From an uncultured Bacteroidales bacterium (lineage in GTDB: Bacteria > Bacteroidota > Bacteroidia > Bacteroidales > UBA932), in the NCBI GenBank assembly GCA_946414935.1, contig CAMKQN010000004.1, positions 2,812 through 66,811 of the forward strand: a stretch of 64,000 bases of DNA, written 5' to 3'. The stretch's first letter is position 1; every line of letters starts with the position of its first letter. The notes beneath the pieces are model-generated. The model saw only the letters and a list, made by a program, of their open reading frames with translations, did no database searches and was not told where the DNA came from. Below, piece by piece: positions 37,321-48,094 of this stretch. The position numbers and the translations under genes are program-made.

Positions 37321-39534
37321 CTAGAACAGGAGGTCAGAAAAGACTGGATAGTGGTCGGAGATATAAGGTCTGCCGGCATACTGGTCCGTGACCACCTTGA
37401 AGCGGCGGCTGGACTTGAATCCGCTATAGTATATATAGTCTATCATTTCCTGCGTGTCATTTCTGAATCCGTTGAAAGAGCCTCTGGGGTCCGATTCAGC
37501 AGAGTATATGCGGGCGTTTTTCATCAGCGCCGATATGTCTTTCAGGCACTCGTCGTCCGGGAAGACATTGAAGTCGCCGAGAAGAATCATAGGATAGCCC
37601 TCGGGATTCATCTTCTTGATGTTGTTGTAAACCACGGCGAGGCCTTCCCTGCGGGCTATGGCACCCTTGTGGTCGAGGTGGGTGTTGACGAAGTAGAACC
37701 TGCGGCCGGTGGCTTTCTGCTCCAGCAGCGCCCATGTGGCGGTGCGCCTGCAGGCGGCGTCCCAACCGAAACTGGGGACGTCCGGAGTCTCGGAAAGCCA
37801 GTAGGTACCCCAGTCTATCATATTGAGGCGCTTGGTATCATAGAAGACGGACATCTGCTCGCCCTTCTGTACTCCGTCATCCCTGCCTACACCTACCATC
37901 TTGTAGTCGGGGCAATGTTCGAGAATGTAATCCACCTGGTTCTGGTAGGCCTCCTGCACGCCGAACACTTCCGGATGTATGTCAAGTATCATCGCCGGGG
38001 TGGCGTCGCAGCGTATATCCCATGCATTGTCGCCGTCCTTGGCCTTGGAGTTGCGGATGTTGTAGGACATTACCCTGAGCAAATCGCCGCTGAAACGTTC
38101 AAGTTCCCAGTTGTCACTGCGGAAGGGACCGGCCGGAATGCCCCAGCCATTGAACAAGTTGCCCTCATTCCAGTTGCGGAAGCAATAGCGGACCGCTGCC
38201 GGCTCAGGGACGTCGGGGCTCGTGACTTCGACGTTTTTGCCATCCTTGACAAGGCCTGTAGCGGGATGGAATATCATATCGGAGCCGGCAAGATCGAATC
38301 CGGTGATGTCCTTGCCCATAGGGGAGAGTCCGCGGTCGTCCACCTTCATCGTGACGATGGCCTTGCAGCCATCGAATTTAACGCTTTCAAAAGTAGGGGC
38401 AACAGGGTCGGCGCCCTTTAAGCCATACTCTCCGACAAGCGCATTGTAGGCAAGGCGGAAGCCTACTTCCTTCTTCTTGCATGGATGGATTGTACCGAAT
38501 TCTCCGATGTCGCCGGTGGTTACCATACCGCTCTTGGGAATCAGGTCGAGAGCTTTCTGCTGCGCTTCGCGAAGGTAGCCTGAGGTGAACTCTTCCGGAT
38601 TACCGTATTTGTACGGCGCTATCTGCACATAGTAGAACGGGGCGTCGGGATTGTTGAACAGCCGGCGCATCATAGCCACATACTCCTGCTGCAGGCGGAG
38701 ATATTGATCGTGGCGGTGCCTGTTGGATTCTCCCTGGTACCATAGCATTCCCTTGAAAGTAAAGGGTATGAGGGGATTTACCTGACCGTTGAACAAGGTG
38801 CAAGGAGCTTGATGCTTCTTAGCCGGCATATCTCCGCTGTCGAGGAAAGAAAGGTCGAATTCGCCGGGGAAACGGCCGCTTATCGTTTCCCTGTCCATCC
38901 AGGCCTCTATGGTGGAACCGCCCCAATCGGTGATGAGCAGGCCTACAGGTACTCCAAGGACCTCCTGCAACTTGAGAGCGAAGAAATACGCAGTTGCGCT
39001 TGTGGACGCTACGGCCTCTGGAGTATTCTCTTCCCAGGAGCCCCCACATTTGTCGACGGGCGACAGGGAGGCGTTGCGCTTGATTGTGCACATACGCACA
39101 GGGAGGTCAGGCTTTGCGGAGAGTATCAGATCGCCGGCTCCTTCCACGGGCTGGCTGCGGAAGCCTTTCATGGGCATTTCCATATTGGACTGACCGGAGC
39201 AGAACCAGACTTCTCCCACCAGGACGTTCTTCAGGACGGTCTTCTCGCCGTCGGAGATTGTTACGGTGTAAGGGCCGCCGGCGGGTGGTGTCTGTATCTT
39301 TGCGGACCATTTGCCCCCGGCATCGGGAACGGCAACCGTCTTTTTAGATGTCCAGGAAGGACTGATGCTTACCTTTTTCCCGGAATCGGACCAGCCCCAG
39401 ACTGCTGCCTGGGTATTCTGCTGGAATACCATATTGTCGCTGAAAAAAGACGGAAGAGTAACTTTGGAATGGGCTTCAAAACTCGCTGCTGCGAGTACGG
39501 CCAAGACGATTGAGATACGGATAAACTGTTTCAT
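37321..39534 (-). CDS. Secreted sialate O-acetylesterase-family domain fused to an endonuclease/exonuclease/phosphatase (EEP) domain
   Basis: GEVWFCSGQSNM, WGGS, WYQGESN, IHP, PFRSDNW then MSYNIR, GVQE, NTHLDH, GDFN, IDYI, SDHYPV; ATG at 39534. Confidence 0.88.
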   Translation of the reverse strand: MKQFIRISIVLAVLAAASFEAHSKVTLPSFFSDNMVFQQNTQAAVWGWSDSGKKVSISPSWTSKKTVAVPDAGGKWSAKIQTPPAGGPYTVTISDGEKTVLKNVLVGEVWFCSGQSNMEMPMKGFRSQPVEGAGDLILSAKPDLPVRMCTIKRNASLSPVDKCGGSWEENTPEAVASTSATAYFFALKLQEVLGVPVGLLITDWGGSTIEAWMDRETISGRFPGEFDLSFLDSGDMPAKKHQAPCTLFNGQVNPLIPFTFKGMLWYQGESNRHRHDQYLRLQQEYVAMMRRLFNNPDAPFYYVQIAPYKYGNPEEFTSGYLREAQQKALDLIPKSGMVTTGDIGEFGTIHPCKKKEVGFRLAYNALVGEYGLKGADPVAPTFESVKFDGCKAIVTMKVDDRGLSPMGKDITGFDLAGSDMIFHPATGLVKDGKNVEVTSPDVPEPAAVRYCFRNWNEGNLFNGWGIPAGPFRSDNWELERFSGDLLRVMSYNIRNSKAKDGDNAWDIRCDATPAMILDIHPEVFGVQEAYQNQVDYILEHCPDYKMVGVGRDDGVQKGEQMSVFYDTKRLNMIDWGTYWLSETPDVPSFGWDAACRRTATWALLEQKATGRRFYFVNTHLDHKGAIARREGLAVVYNNIKKMNPEGYPMILLGDFNVFPDDECLKDISALMKNARIYSAESDPRGSFNGFRNDTQEMIDYIYYSGFKSSRRFKVVTDQYAGRPYISDHYPVFSDLLF

Positions 39535-39565
39535 ACTCAAAGAATTAGCGGTGCGGCAAAATATA

Positions 39566-41659
39566 CTATTTTACTATTATTACATTGGGAACCACCCTTT
39601 CCCCCTCATGGTCGAAAACTTGATTGTCGTAAGGGTGATTGATCACGCCGGAGCTCTGAGTCCACAATGTGGAAGACCCTCCGCCGTCAAGGTTTATGGC
39701 CTCGTACAGACCAAGGGACTCGCAGAGGACCTGCAATTCGGAGATGGACATGCCATCTGCCATTGAGGGGAAACGCCCGTCCACCACGACGAAATACAGC
39801 CATCCGTCGCTTGTGTATCCCAAGAGGGTGCGCGGGTGGCGCTTGGCATAGAACTTTTTGTACAGCCGGGAACCGTCGTCTTCGTATTCAGGAATCATTC
39901 CGTCTTCCACCAGCACCGGGCCGGAAACTATGGCCTCGCGCCATCCCTTGGCAGCTTTTGATGCAGCTTGGGAATCTGCCGAAACTATATCTACTGTTTT
40001 GCCCTTCTTGTCCAAAATGCGCAACATTCCGTTGCAGCGATATGAGCCGTCGGATGTCCGGGCACACTTCACCCGCCCGTCGTCTTTCACGAAAGTAGCA
40101 GGCGTAAGGTCTTTTTCGAAATAACTGCCGTTGATTGCCGCTATCGCCCTGGCTTTTTCCCCGAAGCTGCTGGTAATAGCTGCGGAAGGGCCGTCGGACT
40201 CAACCAGGGAAAGGGAGTATTCACGTATGGGGAATCGTGCCAGGGAAATACTCTGTACGCTGCCGAAGACATTGACTGATGCCGTTCCGGCCTCGACCTT
40301 GGTGTTCCCCACAGGCCGCCATCCCCAGTCAACAGTCTTCAGGGCAGCCAAAGGCTCCGAGCAGATTATCCTGCGTTGAGAGGCTCGTATGACAGGCCGG
40401 TAATACTCCTTGAAATCATTCCAGCTGTAGTACGGCCCGCACGCCGCAGGGAACGGAAGAGTGGCCTCACGTTCGTTTACGAGGGCCTTCAACAGGATAT
40501 TGCCTTGTGCATTTCTGTAGAACACGAGCTGAAGCGACGCCCCCATGGGGATGTCATAGCTGGGCAGAATCTCCAGGCTCTGGTCAAAAGATGACGCGCA
40601 GCGGCCGCAGCCGTCGGCATCCATTATCACCAGCAGCGGAGCTATGCCGGAGTCGTGCCCGAAGCGCAAGCGCAACTGTGTATCTCCCGAAAGCATGTCG
40701 CTGTCTGCCGATGCTATTATCTGCTCAAGGGTATAAGCCGCATAGTCCACAGCAAGGTTCTCCGAGCCCTCAAAGCGGGCGACGTGAAGGAAGAAACGGG
40801 CTGACAGACCCCTCCAAAGCGACATTGCTTCATCTCCCGAGAAAACATCATCGAAACATCCCCTGTCTTCGTCCAGGCACCACGTGCCGAAAATTACCGC
40901 ACCTAAAGTATTGAAAAACTGTATGGGAGACAGATTAAGCCCCTTCGTAACTTCATCAGGGTCGGTGAAAAACTTTCCGGCCAGCTCTTTCCAGTGGACC
41001 CTGTCCTCGAAATAATCGCCCAGGGCGCCGTTGGCCGCTTTTCCGCAGTGGAACGCATTCTTCACCAGATAAGGGTTGGACGGCAGGGCCGGCTGTAGCC
41101 ATGAGGCATACTTTCCGGAAGCGTCGGCCTGTATTTCCATATCGTCATCCAGCTTGGAAAGTTGCGACAGGCAGGACCACATGCTCATTATTACCCGGGG
41201 AGATTCTGTAGATACCGCATCCACATGGGTAGCCCCCTCAAAGACCTCAGGGAAATGCTCAAACATACGCGTTGCAATATCCCTGTGCTGTGCCTTACCA
41301 AGTCCGGTAAGATTGCCGCCGCAATACTTGTACTTCTCGTAGAAATCTTTGTACCGGGCATAAAATGCCTTGCCTGCGTCAGTAAGCACCCCCTTTTCCG
41401 ACGCCATTCCAAACCACTTGTAAACGCTGTCGTATTCGCTTAGGCAAAAGCGTGCGCCATGACGTGCGTAATGGCTGATATAAAAAGGTTTATACCCTTC
41501 CGGTGCAGGAGTGGCAGCAGGCAGGGCGCCGCTGTCGTAAACATAATAATTGCCGGCCGTCTTCTGCGGGTCCAGGAGAACGGCGCCACAAGGCTCCTGG
41601 GCAAAGCAAAGCCCCCAGAAGCAAAAGAGAGAGACCGCAGTAAATAACAAGTTTCTCAT
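39566..41659 (-). CDS. Secreted histidine acid phosphatase fused to a phosphodiester glycosidase (NAGPA/DUF2233) domain
   Basis: SHYARHGAR, RFGHD; then AINGSYF, SGPVLV, HPRT, VVDGR, AINLDGGGSSTL, ERVVPN. Confidence 0.88.
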   Translation of the reverse strand: MRNLLFTAVSLFCFWGLCFAQEPCGAVLLDPQKTAGNYYVYDSGALPAATPAPEGYKPFYISHYARHGARFCLSEYDSVYKWFGMASEKGVLTDAGKAFYARYKDFYEKYKYCGGNLTGLGKAQHRDIATRMFEHFPEVFEGATHVDAVSTESPRVIMSMWSCLSQLSKLDDDMEIQADASGKYASWLQPALPSNPYLVKNAFHCGKAANGALGDYFEDRVHWKELAGKFFTDPDEVTKGLNLSPIQFFNTLGAVIFGTWCLDEDRGCFDDVFSGDEAMSLWRGLSARFFLHVARFEGSENLAVDYAAYTLEQIIASADSDMLSGDTQLRLRFGHDSGIAPLLVIMDADGCGRCASSFDQSLEILPSYDIPMGASLQLVFYRNAQGNILLKALVNEREATLPFPAACGPYYSWNDFKEYYRPVIRASQRRIICSEPLAALKTVDWGWRPVGNTKVEAGTASVNVFGSVQSISLARFPIREYSLSLVESDGPSAAITSSFGEKARAIAAINGSYFEKDLTPATFVKDDGRVKCARTSDGSYRCNGMLRILDKKGKTVDIVSADSQAASKAAKGWREAIVSGPVLVEDGMIPEYEDDGSRLYKKFYAKRHPRTLLGYTSDGWLYFVVVDGRFPSMADGMSISELQVLCESLGLYEAINLDGGGSSTLWTQSSGVINHPYDNQVFDHEGERVVPNVIIVK

Positions 41660-41673
41660 AAAAGCTGACTATT

Positions 41674-43836
41674 TCAGCCCACTTGGGAGCCGTTGGCAAG
41701 TACTTCCTGAGGAGTGATGAAACGCATGGTGCCATCGCCCTGCTTGGCCATCAGAATCATTCCGTGGCTTTCTATGCCGCGGATTACCCGGGGCTTGAGG
41801 TTGGCCAGGATGCAGATCTGCTTGCCCTGCATATCTTCCGGTTTATAGTATTCCGCTATACCAGAGACTATTACACGGCGGTCAACACCGGTATCGATAG
41901 TAAGTTTGAGAAGCTTGTCGGTCTTGGGCACGCGCTCGGCTTCCAGCACCGTGGCGGTGCGTATATCCATCTTCTCGAAATCCTCGAAAAGGCACTCTTC
42001 CTTAAGCGGGGCAAGCTGCCTTGCTGCCTCCGCCTTGGCACGGGCTTCCATTTCAGCTTTGATAGCTTCGAGCCTGGCTATCTGGGCGTCAATCACATCA
42101 TCCTCTATCTTGGCAAACAGCAGTTCGGGTTCCGCTATGGAATGACCGGCGGGCAGCACCTGAGGACGACCGAGCAGTTCCCAGTCAAGGACTATGGCTC
42201 CGGGTGACGGCACGTGACCTGTGTGCAGAGCACAGCCTTCACCTTCCCTGTATGTGTTCACGGTTTCCTGCTCTCCTTTGCGGTGGTCGAAACCAGCCTG
42301 GAGATCCACTCCGAGCATCCTGCGCAGCCTCTCGGCCGCGAAAGGAGTGAAGGGCTCGAAAGCAATGGCAAGATCGGCGCAAATCTGTATGGAGATGTTC
42401 AGGATGGTGGCGGTACGCTCCATGTCAGTTTTGGCAAGCTTCCAGGGCTCAGTGTCGGATATGTATTTGTTGCCTGCCCGCGCTATTCCCATCGCGTCTT
42501 TGAGGGCCTCGCGGAAACGGTAGTTTTCCAGGTTCTTCTCCATTGAGGCCTTGAGTGCGGGTATCTCGGCCAGCACTTCCTTGTCCACGTCCTGAAGCGC
42601 TCCGCACGCCGGTACCTTGCCGCCGAAATACTTATGGGTAAGCACCATGGCACGGTTTACGAAATTGCCGAAAATCGCTACCAGTTCACTGTTGTTGCGG
42701 GTCTGGAAGTCTTTCCAGCTGAAGTCGTTGTCGGCCGTCTGGGGGGCGTTTGCAGTGAGCACGTAGCGCAGTACGTCTTCTTTCCCGGGGAAATCTTTCA
42801 GGTATTCGTGAGCCCATACCGCCCATCCGCGGGAGGTGGAAATCTTGTCGCCTTCCAGGTTCAGGAATTCGTTGGCCGGCACGTTTTCGGGCAGTATGTA
42901 GCCGCCGTAGGCCTTAAGCATGGAAGGGAACACAATGCAGTGGAACACAATATTGTCTTTGCCGATGAAGTGCACCAGGCGGGTATCTTCACTCTTCCAC
43001 CACTGCTCCCAGCTCTTCGGCAGGAGCTCGCGGGTATTGGAGATGTAGCCGATGGGCGCATCGAACCACACATAGAGCACCTTGCCTTCTGCGCCTTCCA
43101 CGGGGACAGGAACGCCCCAGTCGAGGTCGCGGGTAACGGCACGCGGCTGCAGTCCCCCGTCCAGCCAGCTCTTCACTTGCCCGTAAACATTGGTTCGCCA
43201 TTCCTTATGGCCTTCCAGTATCCATTCCCTCAGCCAGGGTTCATAATCCTGAAGGGGCAGGTACCAATGGCTGGTCTTCTTCTTGATGGGAGCGGCACCG
43301 CTCAGCTTGGATCGGGGGTTGATAAGTTCTTCCGGACTGAGCGTGCTTCCACACTTCTCGCACTGGTCGCCGTAAGCGCCTTCATTGCCGCACCGTGGGC
43401 AAGTGCCCACTATATACCGGTCCGCCAGGAACTGTCCCGCCTCCGGATCATAGTACTGTTCGCTCTCGCGGGTGATGAATTTACCTTCATCGTACAGCTT
43501 TCGGAAAAACTCCGAGGCCCCTTCGGCATGAACGGCGGAGGAAGTACGGCCATATATGTCGAAGTTGATTCCCAGTCCGGAGAAGGAGTCCTTGATAAGC
43601 TTATGATAGCGGTCCACTATATCCTGCGGAGAGCAGTTCTGCTGGCGTGCCTTAATTGTTATAGGCACTCCGTGCTCATCGGAGCCGCATACGTAAAGCA
43701 CGTCCCTGCCTCTCATGCGCAGGTAGCGCACATAAATATCCGCCGGCACATAGACGCCGGCCAAATGGCCTATGTGCACCGGACCGTTGGCATAAGGCAG
43801 TGCACAAGTCACAAGGGTTCTTTTCTTTTCGCTCAT
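41674..43836 (-). CDS. metG: Methionine--tRNA ligase with C-terminal tRNA-binding domain
   Basis: [21 protein letters not shown] knuckle, YVWFDA, KISTS, ESHGMIL. Confidence 0.97.
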   Translation of the reverse strand: MSEKKRTLVTCALPYANGPVHIGHLAGVYVPADIYVRYLRMRGRDVLYVCGSDEHGVPITIKARQQNCSPQDIVDRYHKLIKDSFSGLGINFDIYGRTSSAVHAEGASEFFRKLYDEGKFITRESEQYYDPEAGQFLADRYIVGTCPRCGNEGAYGDQCEKCGSTLSPEELINPRSKLSGAAPIKKKTSHWYLPLQDYEPWLREWILEGHKEWRTNVYGQVKSWLDGGLQPRAVTRDLDWGVPVPVEGAEGKVLYVWFDAPIGYISNTRELLPKSWEQWWKSEDTRLVHFIGKDNIVFHCIVFPSMLKAYGGYILPENVPANEFLNLEGDKISTSRGWAVWAHEYLKDFPGKEDVLRYVLTANAPQTADNDFSWKDFQTRNNSELVAIFGNFVNRAMVLTHKYFGGKVPACGALQDVDKEVLAEIPALKASMEKNLENYRFREALKDAMGIARAGNKYISDTEPWKLAKTDMERTATILNISIQICADLAIAFEPFTPFAAERLRRMLGVDLQAGFDHRKGEQETVNTYREGEGCALHTGHVPSPGAIVLDWELLGRPQVLPAGHSIAEPELLFAKIEDDVIDAQIARLEAIKAEMEARAKAEAARQLAPLKEECLFEDFEKMDIRTATVLEAERVPKTDKLLKLTIDTGVDRRVIVSGIAEYYKPEDMQGKQICILANLKPRVIRGIESHGMILMAKQGDGTMRFITPQEVLANGSQVG

Positions 43837-45881
43837 ATCTTGTCTGTTTTTTCTCTTCCGATTTTCTGCTTGATGCGGCGCTGGGCGGCCTGTAGCTTGA
43901 GCATTGCCTGCATCTTTGACATTTGTTCTTCCGGGCTGGCCACTGCCAGTTCCCGGCGGAGGGTATCCAGTTTGTCCTGCACCCGCCTTTCGGCATAAAC
44001 CATAATGGCTTTAGGGACTCCGTTGGTGAGGAAGGTGGCCGTGGAAGTAAGTGAGGCCTCGAAAGCGCCTACGGTTATCTGATACTTTTCAGTAGAGAAA
44101 GACGCCGCCAGGTCGGCCAGGCGCCTGTCCTCGCCGTTCAGCAGCGCACGCAGTATAGCTTCCTGGGAGAGGCCTTCGTCATAGAGACGCAAATAGCTGT
44201 CGTATAGCTGCTTATAGGAGGTATTGAAGAACTCGCTGCCGTCAGCGTCCATGGACTCGCGGATGAAGTCCGCTACGCTGGTTTTATCCTCCTCGCTACC
44301 GGAATAATAGGGGGAATCGCTCTCGAATTCCATAAGTTCGGTGCCGTAACGGAGCAGGAAGAACAAGAGATCCCGCTCTGCAGGAGCCAGGGTGCGGTTC
44401 TCCAGCGCCAAGGAGCCCGAGTTTCCTGCCGCCGCATCAGGTGCACCGCCATTTTCCCCGTAGCCGGCATAATCGTAGGGAGCAGAGCCGCCGGAGCCGT
44501 TTTCCGAATCAATTTGGTCCCCGGCAGAGGCCCCCGAAGCCTGCGCGGGACGGCGCTGCTGCTCACGAACGGCCGATTCCATGAGCCGCTTGCGGGTATC
44601 GGCGATGCGCTGGAACAGGATGGATGTCTCCACGCCGAAACGCAGGCCGACGACGTCCACGTACACCGAACGCTTCACCGGGTCCGGAATCTGGGCTACG
44701 GAATCGGCAATGTCGTTGATTAGATTAGCACGCTTGATGGGATCACGCCCGGCATCGGCCAACAGCAGCTCAGTCTTGAATTCAATGAAGTCCTGCTCCC
44801 CCTTCTCTATGTACTCTTGCATCTGGGCAAGCGTATTCTTGCGGGCGAAAGAGTCCGGATCCTCCCCTTCCGGCAGGAGCAGCACCTTCACGTTAAGGCC
44901 CTCGGCAAGGAATATATCAATTCCGCGCATGGCCGCATGTATGCCGGCGGAATCACCGTCATACATGATGGTGACGTTTTCCGTAAACTTGTGTATGAGG
45001 CGCACCTGCTCCAGCGTGAGGGAAGTGCCGCAGGAGGCGACGACATTGGTAATTCCGAGCTGATGCATGGTAACCATGTCCAGGTTGCCTTCCACCAGGA
45101 TGCACTTGCCGCTGCGGGCTATCTCGCTCTTGGCGAACCAGATACCAAGCAGGTTGCGGCTTTTTACATATATTTCGGTCTCCGGCGAGTTGACGTACTT
45201 TGCAGGATTGTCCGAATGGAGCGTGCGGCCGCTGAATGCCAGCACCCGGCCGCTTACGGAGTGGACGGGGAACATCACCCGCTCCCGGAATTTGTCAACC
45301 ACGCTGCCGTCTTCCCGCTGCACCGCAAGTCCGGCGGCAAGAATGTACTCCATCTTATATCCGGCGGCTACGGCTGCATCTATGAGAGCAGTTTTGCCTG
45401 AGGGAGCCCAGCCAAGTCCGAAACGGGCTATCGTATCGTCTTCCAGTCCCCTTTTGCGCAGGTACTCATAACCCACGGCGCGGCCCTCCGGAGCATTGAG
45501 CTGGGAGGCGAAGAACTTCTGGGCAAACTCGGACACCAACAGCAGGCTCTCTCTCCTCTGCCGCTTTGCAATCTCTTCGGCGGACTCCTCTTCTTCGACT
45601 ATTTCTATTTTGTATTTGGCAGCCAGATAGCGCAGGGCCTCCACGTAGGAGCTGTGCTCGTGCTCCATCACAAAGCCTACGGCAGAACCGGACTTGCCGC
45701 ATCCGAAGCATTTGTAGATGCCTTTGGCAGGCGACACATAGAATGACGGCGTCTTCTCGTTATGGAACGGACAGCAAGCCACATAATTGGCCCCGCGACG
45801 CTTAAGCGTCACGAAATCCCCGACCACATCTTCAATCCTGGCGGTGTCGAGAATAAGATTTACTGTCTCCTGCGGAATCAC
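43833..45881 (-). CDS. dnaG: DNA primase
   Basis: [11 protein letters not shown] zinc finger, [20 protein letters not shown]; GTG start. Confidence 0.96.
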   Translation of the reverse strand: MIPQETVNLILDTARIEDVVGDFVTLKRRGANYVACCPFHNEKTPSFYVSPAKGIYKCFGCGKSGSAVGFVMEHEHSSYVEALRYLAAKYKIEIVEEEESAEEIAKRQRRESLLLVSEFAQKFFASQLNAPEGRAVGYEYLRKRGLEDDTIARFGLGWAPSGKTALIDAAVAAGYKMEYILAAGLAVQREDGSVVDKFRERVMFPVHSVSGRVLAFSGRTLHSDNPAKYVNSPETEIYVKSRNLLGIWFAKSEIARSGKCILVEGNLDMVTMHQLGITNVVASCGTSLTLEQVRLIHKFTENVTIMYDGDSAGIHAAMRGIDIFLAEGLNVKVLLLPEGEDPDSFARKNTLAQMQEYIEKGEQDFIEFKTELLLADAGRDPIKRANLINDIADSVAQIPDPVKRSVYVDVVGLRFGVETSILFQRIADTRKRLMESAVREQQRRPAQASGASAGDQIDSENGSGGSAPYDYAGYGENGGAPDAAAGNSGSLALENRTLAPAERDLLFFLLRYGTELMEFESDSPYYSGSEEDKTSVADFIRESMDADGSEFFNTSYKQLYDSYLRLYDEGLSQEAILRALLNGEDRRLADLAASFSTEKYQITVGAFEASLTSTATFLTNGVPKAIMVYAERRVQDKLDTLRRELAVASPEEQMSKMQAMLKLQAAQRRIKQKIGREKTDKI

Positions 45882-48094
45882 GAAGCTATCTCACATAGGA
45901 ACTTTATACGCACGAGGCGTATTTCCATCTCGTCATAATCCCCGCCCAGGGCAGCTATGGCATCGGCAACCGAATCCGAAGCGGCTTCCTCCCGGAAGTA
46001 CTCGTATATCTCTTCGACTATATCCTCGTCGAAATTCTCTTCGATGTAATAATCCAGGTTTAGTGACGTACCTGTAGCCACTATGGCCTCAATCTCGCCC
46101 ATCAGTTCATCCATTTCCATGCCCCTGGCTTCGGCGATATCCTCCAGGGACATGCATTTGTCTATGCTCTGGATGATGAAAATCTTATTGGCCGACTTGC
46201 TCGGAGAGGACTTTACGATGAAATCGTCCGGGCGGGTTATATCGTTCTCTTCCACATACTTGCGTATGAGGTCGACGAATTCCGCACCGAACTTGCGGGC
46301 CTTGCCTTCTCCCACTCCCTGACAGCCTTTGAGTTCATCGACAGTGATGGGATAGAGGATAGACATGTCGTCCAGGGCCGGGTCTCCGAAGATAATCCAG
46401 GGCTGCAGCTTCAGTTTCCTGGCCACATCCTTGCGGAGGTCTTTCAGCATTGCAAGCAGAATCGGATCGCCTGCGCCGCCGCCTCCCTTCATCGCGGCAT
46501 TCGCCGCTGCAGCCTCCTCATCTTCTTCATCATCTGCGTCTCCGCCGGTAAATACCCGGTCTTCCACCATCTTCAGCTCATACGGCTGCTTGAGGAAATC
46601 CCGGCCTTTGTCGGTTACAGCTATAAGACCGTAGCTCTCAATTTCTTTCTCAAGCAGGTGCAGGATAAGTCCCTGATGGATTACGGTACACCAGAACTTG
46701 TCGCTGCGGTCCTTGCCCTTGCCGTAAAAAGGCAGCTGGTCGTGCTGGTAAGACTTCACCATGGCTGTTGGGTTGCCCACCAGCACATTCGCAAGATGCT
46801 CTATCTTGAAGTGCTCCGGAAGGGCCTCTATCAGGGAGATGACGAGCTTCATCTGCTCGCGGCCGTCGAAAAGGGGCTTAGGGTGCACGCAGTTGTCGCA
46901 GGAACCGCAGTTATCCTGTGGATAATCTTCTCCGAAGTAGTTGAGCAACAGCTTCCTCCGGCATTGGTTGGACTCGGCGTAAGCCACCACTTCTCCAAGG
47001 AGCTGGCGGCTTATCTCCTGCTCGGCGACAGGCTTCCCCTGCATGAACTTTTCCAGTTTCTGGATGTCTTTGTAACTATAGTAATCGATGCAATGTCCCT
47101 CTTTGCCGTCCCGGCCCGCACGTCCGGTCTCCTGGTAGTAGCTCTCTATGCTCTTGGGGATATCGTAATGAATGACAAAGCGCACGTCCGGCTTGTCTAT
47201 TCCCATTCCGAAAGCGATGGTGGCCACTATCACATTGATTTCCTCGGCGAGGAAGGCATCCTGGTTCTCCGCCCTGGTCTTTGCATCCAGACCGGCGTGG
47301 TAAGGCCGGGCCTTGATGCCGTTTATGCATAGCAGCTGGGCTATTTCTTCCACTTTCTTGCGGCTCAGGCAGTAAACGATACCGGATTTTCCGGAATTCT
47401 GCTTGATATACTTTATCATGTCTTTCTCCACGTCCTGTTTGTCCCGGACTTCGTAGTACAAGTTGGGACGGTTGAAGGAAGACTTGAAGATGGCAGCCCC
47501 CTGGATGCCCAGATTCTTGAGTATATCACTCTGCACCTTGGGGGTTGCCGTGGCGGTGAGAGCGATAATAGGGAGGCGGCCGATCTCATCTACCAGGGCT
47601 CTGATACGGCGGTACTCCGGACGGAAGTCGTGCCCCCATTCGGATATGCAGTGGGCTTCATCCACGGCGTAGAAAGAGATTTTTACCTCCCTCAGCAGAG
47701 CCACGTTCTCTTCTTTTGTAAGGGACTCGGGCGCCACATACAGGATTTTTGTTTTCCCCCCGAGGAGGTCCGCCCGGACCTCCTCGATCTGGGCTTTGCT
47801 CAACGACGAATTCAGGAAATGGGCTATGCTGCCGGTGCCGGCGTCGAAGCCGCGCAGCAGGTCAACCTGATTCTTCATCAGAGCGATAAGCGGGGAAATA
47901 ACGATGGCCGTACCCTCCATCAGGAGGGCAGGAAGCTGATAGCAGAGAGATTTGCCGCCGCCTGTCGGCATCAGCACAAAGGCGTCGCCACCTTCGACAA
48001 GATGCCGGATGACGAGCTCCTGGTCGCCTTTGAAAGTGTCGTACCCGAAAAAGTTCTTCAGGGTCTGGTGGATGGTGGCGGAATCTATAGTCAT
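45878..48094 (-). CDS. recQ: DNA helicase RecQ
   Basis: MPTGGGKSLCYQ, DEAHCISEWGHDFRP, QETGRAGRDG, RQC zinc site, HRDC region. Confidence 0.96.
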   Translation of the reverse strand: MTIDSATIHQTLKNFFGYDTFKGDQELVIRHLVEGGDAFVLMPTGGGKSLCYQLPALLMEGTAIVISPLIALMKNQVDLLRGFDAGTGSIAHFLNSSLSKAQIEEVRADLLGGKTKILYVAPESLTKEENVALLREVKISFYAVDEAHCISEWGHDFRPEYRRIRALVDEIGRLPIIALTATATPKVQSDILKNLGIQGAAIFKSSFNRPNLYYEVRDKQDVEKDMIKYIKQNSGKSGIVYCLSRKKVEEIAQLLCINGIKARPYHAGLDAKTRAENQDAFLAEEINVIVATIAFGMGIDKPDVRFVIHYDIPKSIESYYQETGRAGRDGKEGHCIDYYSYKDIQKLEKFMQGKPVAEQEISRQLLGEVVAYAESNQCRRKLLLNYFGEDYPQDNCGSCDNCVHPKPLFDGREQMKLVISLIEALPEHFKIEHLANVLVGNPTAMVKSYQHDQLPFYGKGKDRSDKFWCTVIHQGLILHLLEKEIESYGLIAVTDKGRDFLKQPYELKMVEDRVFTGGDADDEEDEEAAAANAAMKGGGGAGDPILLAMLKDLRKDVARKLKLQPWIIFGDPALDDMSILYPITVDELKGCQGVGEGKARKFGAEFVDLIRKYVEENDITRPDDFIVKSSPSKSANKIFIIQSIDKCMSLEDIAEARGMEMDELMGEIEAIVATGTSLNLDYYIEENFDEDIVEEIYEYFREEAASDSVADAIAALGGDYDEMEIRLVRIKFLCEIAS

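Noticed and set aside
37222-38421. 399-aa + strand ORF (also 42634-43998 + and 51847-52872 -)
   Set aside because: Antisense to well-supported genes, no recognisable motifs
13500-44560. A shared palindromic element inserted in coding sequences
   Set aside because: By-eye comparison of the apparent inserts showed no common sequence or hairpin beyond a 12-nt similarity within truA
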